NCBI GenBank assembly: GCA_016179865.1
Contig: JACPCJ010000102.1
Location: 1,701-65,700, forward strand
Source of the DNA: Actinomycetota bacterium
GTDB lineage: Bacteria > Actinomycetota > Acidimicrobiia > IMCC26256 > JACPCJ01
Reading direction: 5' to 3'
DNA: 64,000 nucleotides
Made by a program: the position numbers and the translations under genes. Under the pieces are notes generated by a model that saw only the letters and a program-made list of their open reading frames with translations, was not told where the DNA came from and ran no database searches. This document shows, piece after piece, positions 57,625 to 64,000 of the stretch. Numbering within the stretch: position 1 is the first letter of the stretch; each line of letters begins with the position of its first letter.

Positions 57625-59045
57625 ATCCATCCAGCGACATCACCCGTGTCTTCGTTGCCGGCGCCACTGGCGTACTCGGTCGCCGCGCCGTGGCTCAGCT
57701 CGTGGCGGCCGGGTACGAGGTGACGGCCGTCGCCCGCGGAACCGAGAAGGCGGAACTCGTAGGGGCCCTCGGAGCCACGCCCGTCGCCGTCGACCTCTTT
57801 GACGCGGAGGCGACTCGAGATGCCGTGGCCGGTCACCACGCCGTGGTCAACCTCGCCACCAAGATCCCGCCGCTCCGGAAGATGGCCTTCGCATCGGCGT
57901 GGGCGGAGAACGACCGCATCCGCACCGAAGCGTCTCGAAACCTCGCCGGCGCGGCCATCGCCGCCGGGGCCCAGGTGTTCGTGCAGGAGTCGATCGCTTT
58001 CGTCTACGGAGAAAACGGCGACGAGTGGATCGACGAGAGCCAGCCGCTGTGGGACTCGCCGTTCACCGACGCCCTCAGGGCGGCCGACACCGCCGCGGCG
58101 TCCGTCACCGCCGCGGCGTCCGTCACCGAGTCCGGCGCGCGGGGCGTCGTGCTCCGATTCGGCTTCTTCATGGCGGCAGACAGCGATCAAGTCGCCCTCA
58201 TGTTCAACGCCGGCCGTGCCGGCCTCTTCGTGCAGCCGGGGAGCGACGGCACCCGGAGCCCGATCATCCATGTCGATGACGCGGCCGCCGCCGTGGTGGC
58301 CGCCCTCGACGCTCCGGCTGGCGTGTACCACGTCGTCGACGACGAACCCGCGACGCGATCCGAGCAGAGCGCGGCGCTGGCAAGGGCGATCGGGCGACGC
58401 CGCCTCATCCACCCCCCCGCGTTGGTCACCGGGCTCATGAGGAGCCGCGCCCCCCAGCTGGTGTGGTCACAGCGGCCCTCGAATCGTCGGTTCAAGGAGG
58501 CGACCGGATGGGCGCCCGCGCACCCCGACGCGGCGTCGACCTTCGACGCCCTCGCCTGTGAGCTACGTGTCCTGAAACGACTCCCGGCGCGGGTGTGGGC
58601 GGCGCTGGCCGTCCTCGCCTTCACGGGGCTGAGCGTTGGCGCCCAGGCGCTGGCCGACCCCCGGGGCTTCTTCACCGACTTCCCGTTCGGGCGGGGATGG
58701 GTGGCGTCGGACGGCGTGTTCAACCTTCACCTGCTTCGCGACTTCGCCGCCCTCAACCTCGCGCTCGGCGGCCTCGCGGCCGCGTCCCTCGTCGGGCGAA
58801 GTCGCGTGCTCACACGGGCCTCTGGCGTCGTGTGGCTGATTTACGCCGTGCCCCACCTGGCGTACCACTCGCTCAATCGGGAACTCACCGGCTTCGACGG
58901 CGTCGCCAACCTCGCGGCGCTGGCGGTCGTCGTGCTCGCGGCCCTCATCGCTCTGGCGGCGGTGATCCCGAGCCCGCCGTTGCGACCGGCGGCGGTCAGA
59001 GGACCGGCTCGCCGGCCTCGACCCGCGGCCGCAGCAAGTCCGTGA
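57621..59045 (+). CDS. NAD-dependent epimerase/dehydratase-family domain fused to a C-terminal ~4-TM membrane domain
   Basis: ATGA overlap with the ligase gene. VFVAGATGVLGRRAV Rossmann motif. The C-terminal 170 aa are hydrophobic. Confidence 0.75.
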   Translation: MNPSSDITRVFVAGATGVLGRRAVAQLVAAGYEVTAVARGTEKAELVGALGATPVAVDLFDAEATRDAVAGHHAVVNLATKIPPLRKMAFASAWAENDRIRTEASRNLAGAAIAAGAQVFVQESIAFVYGENGDEWIDESQPLWDSPFTDALRAADTAAASVTAAASVTESGARGVVLRFGFFMAADSDQVALMFNAGRAGLFVQPGSDGTRSPIIHVDDAAAAVVAALDAPAGVYHVVDDEPATRSEQSAALARAIGRRRLIHPPALVTGLMRSRAPQLVWSQRPSNRRFKEATGWAPAHPDAASTFDALACELRVLKRLPARVWAALAVLAFTGLSVGAQALADPRGFFTDFPFGRGWVASDGVFNLHLLRDFAALNLALGGLAAASLVGRSRVLTRASGVVWLIYAVPHLAYHSLNRELTGFDGVANLAALAVVVLAALIALAAVIPSPPLRPAAVRGPARRPRPAAAASP

Positions 59046-60084
59046 GACGGGCCCGGTGGAAGACGGCGTCACCGAACGCCGATTGATCGAGCTGAGCGCG
59101 CTTGAGGAACAGGTGGATGTCGTGCTCCCACGTGAATCCGATCCCGCCGTGCACCTGGAGGCCAGAGGCCATGACGCGCCGGGCGGCGTCCGAGCACCAG
59201 GCCTTGGCGGCGGAGGCGGCAACCGAGGCTTCGGGGTCCCCTGCTTGGATGCACCAGGCGGCCCAGTAGACGGCTGAGCGCATGGCCTCGACGTCCACGA
59301 GCATGTCGGCCAGGCGGTGCTTGACGGCCTGGAAGGACCCGATGGGGCGGCCGAACTGCTTCCGCTCCTTGGCATAGTCCACGGCCATGTCGAGCACCCG
59401 CTGAGCCCCGCCAAGCATCTCGGCGGCGTGGGCCACAGCCCCCCGGTCGAGGAACTCCCGCGCCGCCTGTGGCCCGCCGAGGGTGACGGCGGGAGCGGCA
59501 TCGAAACGCAACCAGCCGACCTCGCGGGTGCGATCCATGGCCGGCTCCCGACCGCAGGCCCCCGGGCCGCCCAGGTCGACGGCGTGGAGCCCGCCTGCGC
59601 TACGGACGATGGCGACCGACGCCGCCGGAGCGAAGAGGGCGGGCTCGGTGGCACCCGAGACGGCGACGCCCGGGCCCGAGCGGCCCTCCAGAGCGGGAGA
59701 AGGTACCGCCGACACCTCACGCCACGCCACGGTGGCGATCTTCTCGCCCGACAGGAGAGGCCCGCCCCACTCGGCACCGGGCGGCGTCGTCGTCAGCGCC
59801 CACACGGCGAGCGTCTGCTGCAGAAACGGCGCCGGGGCCACGTGCGCCCCCACCTGCTCCAGCAGCACCGCCGTCTCCACGAAGCCGAGGCCCAGCCCGC
59901 CGGCCTCGGGCGACAGCTCGAGGCCCAGCCATCCCTGACCCACCATGTCGTTCCACAGCGCGGCGTCGTACCCACCACCGGCGTCGACCACGGCCCGGAC
60001 CCGCTCCGGCGCCGACCGCCGCGCGAGCAAGTCCCGGGCGGCGTCGCGGAGCGCGAGCTGATCGTCGTCGAGTTCGAAATCCAT
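58996..60084 (-). CDS. Acyl-CoA dehydrogenase family protein
   Basis: MDFELDDDQLALRDAARDLL... and FGRPIGSFQAVKHRLADM. Its 3' end overlaps the convergent gene by 50 nt. Confidence 0.85.
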   Translation of the reverse strand: MDFELDDDQLALRDAARDLLARRSAPERVRAVVDAGGGYDAALWNDMVGQGWLGLELSPEAGGLGLGFVETAVLLEQVGAHVAPAPFLQQTLAVWALTTTPPGAEWGGPLLSGEKIATVAWREVSAVPSPALEGRSGPGVAVSGATEPALFAPAASVAIVRSAGGLHAVDLGGPGACGREPAMDRTREVGWLRFDAAPAVTLGGPQAAREFLDRGAVAHAAEMLGGAQRVLDMAVDYAKERKQFGRPIGSFQAVKHRLADMLVDVEAMRSAVYWAAWCIQAGDPEASVAASAAKAWCSDAARRVMASGLQVHGGIGFTWEHDIHLFLKRAQLDQSAFGDAVFHRARLTDLLRPRVEAGEPVL

Positions 60085-60160
60085 GGGCGGGGAGACGGTC
60101 GCCGCTGGCTGACATCGGTGTCAACTTCTGGACGGCGCCGGGCACACCTCGTGCACGCTC

Positions 60161-60237
60161 CGCGCGATACCCCCCGATCTGAGGGTTGCGCTCCGTGGTG
60201 AAGATGCGACACCATGCGCCCGGGGGAGCGCACCGTT
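60161..60237 (+). promoter_or_regulatory. Conserved upstream element, copy 1 (231 nt before the start of 60392-62740)
   Basis: cgcgcgataccccccgatc...ggttgcgc...gatgcg...gggggagcgcaccgttc. The 19-nt core is identical to 62773-62791. Confidence 0.5.
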
Positions 60238-60391
60238 CTAGGCGCGCGAGGGTTGCGACCACTCGCTGCACCTGGGCGGGACGGGGTACGTCTGCACGTT
60301 CAATCGGGCCCGCCATCGCGGGTGGGCTCAGGCTGAACGTGCGGCTCCCCGTGTTTGGTGCCGCCAAGCACCAGACACGAGTGAGAGTTCC

Positions 60392-62740
60392 GTGAGACGA
60401 CTGCTGATCCGCCTGGGTCTCGTTACTTCGATCGCGCTCGGTTTCATCGTCGCCACCGGCGGCCCGAGCCTCGCCTGCCACTGGGGCGGCGTCGGCTGCG
60501 GGGAACCCGAGGAGGCACCGTTCAATCCCCAGGGGACGGGGTCGGTCGACGACGCCCGGACGAGCGCCCACGCCGACACCCATGTCGGCTGGACCCAAGA
60601 GGCGCACGAGCAGTTCGTCACCGACATCGAGATCGACGCCCCACCCGAGTTCGACATCGACCTCGACGTCCCGGCCGAGGACGAGCGCATCGGCACCCTC
60701 GCCATCGTGGCCATCGTCCAGGGCGAGAACACCGACATTCCCGGCAAGGTCTGGGACCGCAACGACGGCGTGAACTGGCCCGACCCCAACGGGGTCTACA
60801 AGTGGGAACTGGAGATCAACGCCACCACGGGCGACTTCTTCGTGGACGCCTTCGCCGACCTCAACGCCCCCGACGGTCACCTCCACATCGAGACGTCCGT
60901 CCCCGACGACCTCCGCGAGCAGGCCCAGCTCCTCGACGCCTCGGTGCTGAGCATCGACACCGAACTGTTCGGGGAAGTCGCCGGCGGTCCGTTCCAGACC
61001 AACCCGGCAGTGGCGGGCACCTACACCGCGACCATGTTCCTCCGGGCCTGGGACGACCCCGGCAACGCCCTCGCGCCCGGTGAAGCCACGGTCGAGATCA
61101 CTTACGTCATCGAAGACCGCGTGCCCAACAGCGTGGCGGTCACCCCGGCCAACCAGACCAAGCGGGTCGGCCAAACCGCCTCCGTCACCGCCGAGGTCAA
61201 GGACCAGGGCGACGAAGCCCTCCCGGGGGCCGTCGTCGACTTCAGCGTGAGTGGCACCAACCCCGGACTCAAGTGCGACGACGTGGTCACGGGCAACGAC
61301 GGGAAGGCCAGCTGCTCGTACACCGGCACCAACGGCGGGAACGACACGGTGACCGCCACCGCGACCAAGAACGGCGGGTCGGCGTCGGGAACCGCGTCCG
61401 TCCACTGGCGCGAACCCACCACCATCGACCTCACACCGGCCACCGCCGACAAGCGGGTGGGGACCACTCATACCCTGACCGCGACGGTCAAGGACCAGGA
61501 CGGTCAGGTCATGCAAGGCGAGACGGTCGGCTTCACCCGCACGGGCGCCAACCCCGGATCGGGCTCGGGCACCACCAACGCCTCAGGCCAGGCGACGCAC
61601 ACCTACACGGGGAACAACGGAGGTGACGACACCATCGCTGCGACCGTGACGGTGATCGGCAGCGAGACCATCTCTGACACGTCAAGCGCCCACTGGAACC
61701 GGCCGGCAACCGTGACCCTGACACCAGCCACGGCCACCCTGGTCGAGGACCAACAGCACACCGTGACCGCCACGGTCAAGGACCAGGACGGCGACCCCAT
61801 GGCGGGCGAGACGGTGAGCTTCACCCGCACGGGCGCCAACCCCGGATCGGGCTCGGGCACCACCAACGCCTCAGGCCAGGCGACGCACACCTACACGGGA
61901 GCGAACCCTGGCGACGACACCATTACCGGCGAGGTGACGGTGCTTGGGAGCGAGAAGGTGTCGGGAAGCGCGACCGCCCACTGGAACGCGGCCGTCCCCA
62001 CCACCCTCACCCTGACGCCCGAAACCGCCGATCGGAGCGTCGGCCAGTCGGTCACCGAGACGGCAGAGGTTCGCGACCAGATCAACCGGGCCATGAGCGG
62101 GGTGTCGGTGCACTTCGCCGTGACCGGCGCCAACCCGTCCTCAGGTGACCGCACGACCGGGGCCGATGGCAAGGCGGCGTACACGTACACGGGCGCCAGC
62201 GCCGGCACCGACACGGTGACGGCGACCGTGAACGCCCTCACAGACACGAGCACGGTGACATGGACCAACCTCGTTCCGACCACGCTCGAGAGCACCCTGA
62301 CCTACGACAACATGGTCGGGAACCAGCCCGTCGGCTACGGCTACCCGCAGCATCACACCGCCACCGTCCGGGCCCTCGTGAAGGACCAGAACGGCGACCC
62401 GATGCCCAACGTCGACGTGGAGATCACGATCACGTCGGGCCCGAACGCCACCGGTCAGTTCGACCAGGTCCTCACCACGGGCGCCGACGGTCGGGTCACG
62501 TGGCAGTACTCGGGCCGCATCGCCAACGGCGAGGGGACCGACAACGTCCGGGTCCACGTGTCCAACACGAACCTCACCAACAACCACTCGATGACCTGGA
62601 AGTGGCACCCCTGCGACAACCCGAACGCCATCTCTCTCGGGCTGCCGATCGAGGGCGGCTTCGACTACTCGCAGAGCATCAACGGCAACGTCACTCGCGT
62701 GGTCATCTGCTGGAACAAGCCCCACCAGCACACGAACTGA
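60392..62740 (+). CDS. Secreted protein: signal peptide, unassigned ~230-aa N-terminal domain starting CHWG, five Ig-like (Big_1-type) repeats
   Basis: MRRLLIRLGLVTSIALGFIVATGGPSLA|CHWG. Repeats resemble VGQTASVTAEVKDQ...DGKASCSYTG...GNDTVTAT. Confidence 0.8.
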   Translation: MRRLLIRLGLVTSIALGFIVATGGPSLACHWGGVGCGEPEEAPFNPQGTGSVDDARTSAHADTHVGWTQEAHEQFVTDIEIDAPPEFDIDLDVPAEDERIGTLAIVAIVQGENTDIPGKVWDRNDGVNWPDPNGVYKWELEINATTGDFFVDAFADLNAPDGHLHIETSVPDDLREQAQLLDASVLSIDTELFGEVAGGPFQTNPAVAGTYTATMFLRAWDDPGNALAPGEATVEITYVIEDRVPNSVAVTPANQTKRVGQTASVTAEVKDQGDEALPGAVVDFSVSGTNPGLKCDDVVTGNDGKASCSYTGTNGGNDTVTATATKNGGSASGTASVHWREPTTIDLTPATADKRVGTTHTLTATVKDQDGQVMQGETVGFTRTGANPGSGSGTTNASGQATHTYTGNNGGDDTIAATVTVIGSETISDTSSAHWNRPATVTLTPATATLVEDQQHTVTATVKDQDGDPMAGETVSFTRTGANPGSGSGTTNASGQATHTYTGANPGDDTITGEVTVLGSEKVSGSATAHWNAAVPTTLTLTPETADRSVGQSVTETAEVRDQINRAMSGVSVHFAVTGANPSSGDRTTGADGKAAYTYTGASAGTDTVTATVNALTDTSTVTWTNLVPTTLESTLTYDNMVGNQPVGYGYPQHHTATVRALVKDQNGDPMPNVDVEITITSGPNATGQFDQVLTTGADGRVTWQYSGRIANGEGTDNVRVHVSNTNLTNNHSMTWKWHPCDNPNAISLGLPIEGGFDYSQSINGNVTRVVICWNKPHQHTN
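61531..61899 (+). repeat. Exact 81-nt duplication (61531-61611 = 61819-61899) inside adjacent Ig-like repeats, period 288 nt
   Basis: Direct comparison of the two stretches: cttcacccgcacgggcgccaaccccggatcgggctcgggcaccaccaacgcctcaggccaggcgacgcacacctacacggg. Confidence 0.85.
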
Positions 62741-62750
62741 CGGAGGCGGC

Positions 62751-62787
62751 GGGGGGTATTGCGCTCACGTTGCGCGCGATACCCCCC
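62751..62787. terminator. 14-bp stem hairpin (one G-U pair) after the first paralogue; its 3' arm is part of the conserved upstream element
   Basis: ggggggtattgcgc-tcacgttgc-gcgcgatacccccc. Confidence 0.45.
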
Positions 62788-62853
62788 GATCGGTGGTTGC
62801 GCGACGTTCGCTCGCCGCGCCACGATGTGCGCACTTGGGGGAGCACACCGTTC
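62773..62853 (+). promoter_or_regulatory. Conserved upstream element, copy 2 (247 nt before the start at 63020)
   Basis: cgcgcgataccccccgatc...ggttgcgc...gatgtgcgc...gggggagcacaccgttc. Confidence 0.5.
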
Positions 62854-63019
62854 GGTGTCTCTCGACCCACTCCAACGGGGGTCTCGAGAAGCCGCGGGTC
62901 GCCGTGGGCGGGTTCTTTTCTCGCTGGTAGCGCACCCTCGCGCTCCCAGTGCTCCGTTCGCGGTCTCCCCGCGGTGTCGCCTGTGGAACCGATCTACGGG
63001 AGCACCTCGGGAGGGGACC

Positions 63020-64000
63020 GTGAAGCGATTGCTGCTGGTGCTGGGCGCGTTCGCCCTGGCCACGCTGGGATACGTCCTCGGGTCGGAGACCCCGGCCTTC
63101 GCCTGTCACTGGGGGGAACACGCCCCGCCAGGGTCGCAGTGTGCGAGCGAGCCCGAGGAGGCGCCGTACAACCCGACGCCCTTCCTCCAGATCCACGACA
63201 CACGCACCAGCGCCAACTCGGACCTCACCATCGGGTGGGACCACGCGCAGATACACGAAGAGTTCACCCAGATCATCACCGCCGATGCGGCGGCGGGCTT
63301 CGACGCCGACCTCGATCTCCCGAACAACGGGCAGCAGATCGGCACCATCAACGTGCTCGTGCGGGCGATCGTCGGCGGGATCGAGCAGGACGCCAACGTC
63401 CCCGGCGAGATCTTCGACGCCAACGACGGCGTGAACTGGCCCAGTGGCGGCGTGTACAAGATCCGCTTCCTTCTGCACCCGACGACCGGTGACGTCGAGA
63501 TGTTCGGGTTCGTCGACGAGAACTCGGGCCACCTCCACACCACTGCCACGGTGCCGGACGACCTGATCGACACGGCGCAAGCCGCCAACGCCAGCATCAA
63601 GCAGGTTCGCCAGCGCATCTTCGGCAAGCTCGGGGGGCAGGCGTTCCTCACCAATCCGTCGACGGCGGGCACCTTCACCTTCACCTCCGACCTGACGGGC
63701 TGGGACGACCTGGGCAACAACCTCGCGCCCGGGCAGGCGCACCTCGAGATCAACGGCACCATCGTCAACCGGGTGCCGCAGACCGCGACGCTCAGCCCGG
63801 CGACGCAGACCAAGCGGGTCGTCAGCCAGCAGGCCACGGTGACCGCCAACGTCAAGGACCAGGCGGGCGAGAACCTGGCGGGCGCCCTCGTCGACTTCAA
63901 CGCCACGGGCGCGAACCCCGGGCTGAAGTGCAACGACGTCGCCACCGACGCCAACGGCAACGCCAGCTGCTCGTACTCGGGGAGCAACGGCGGGAATGAC
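63020..64000 (+). CDS. Paralogue of 60392-62740 (3' end outside the window)
   Basis: My own translation from the GTG at 63020 (GGGAGGGGA upstream): MKRLLLVLGAFALATLGYVLGSETPAFA|CHWGEH...EPEEAPYNP...DANDGVNWP...VPQTATLSPATQTKRV...VKDQAGENLAGALVDF. Open to the window end. Confidence 0.8.
   Translation, partial: MKRLLLVLGAFALATLGYVLGSETPAFACHWGEHAPPGSQCASEPEEAPYNPTPFLQIHDTRTSANSDLTIGWDHAQIHEEFTQIITADAAAGFDADLDLPNNGQQIGTINVLVRAIVGGIEQDANVPGEIFDANDGVNWPSGGVYKIRFLLHPTTGDVEMFGFVDENSGHLHTTATVPDDLIDTAQAANASIKQVRQRIFGKLGGQAFLTNPSTAGTFTFTSDLTGWDDLGNNLAPGQAHLEINGTIVNRVPQTATLSPATQTKRVVSQQATVTANVKDQAGENLAGALVDFNATGANPGLKCNDVATDANGNASCSYSGSNGGND

Overview
High-GC (about 70% by eye, not computed) actinobacterial-type chromosomal segment with tightly packed genes and many ATGA/GTGA start-stop overlaps. 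I call about 58 protein-coding genes and one tRNA-Gly(CCC). I found no rRNA, CRISPR array, transposase, integrase or prophage genes. Confident core genes: dnaK-grpE-dnaJ, amtB-glnK, nhaA, ilvC, two trkA-like genes next to an APC permease, a copper amine oxidase, a cold-shock protein, several SDR / acyl-CoA dehydrogenase / AMP-ligase genes, a LuxR-type two-component system, two tandem CPA2 antiporters and a membrane Fe-S oxidoreductase. Observations worth a second look: (1) two tandem paralogous secreted proteins (60392-62740 and 63020 to the window end) with an unassigned N-terminal domain plus Ig-like Big_1-type repeats, each preceded by a conserved roughly 80-nt upstream element; (2) a roughly 47-aa repeat module (GYxxxDxxGGxFxFGxAxFxGS) fused to both an S8 protease and a metzincin; (3) a second PII paralogue with Trp in place of the T-loop Tyr, sitting where actinobacteria normally encode glnD; (4) a visibly lower-GC gene pair (long-form DCD-family protein plus a coupled 66-aa ORF) beside the tRNA; (5) very long perfect palindromes (21-26 bp arms) at convergent gene junctions, two sharing GTGTGTGAGTG termini; (6) an HRD-to-HRG kinase-like protein linked to the antiporters; (7) tandem stand-alone cNMP-binding proteins; (8) two genes that appear frameshifted. 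All functional calls rest on motif recognition in the supplied translations. No database search was run.
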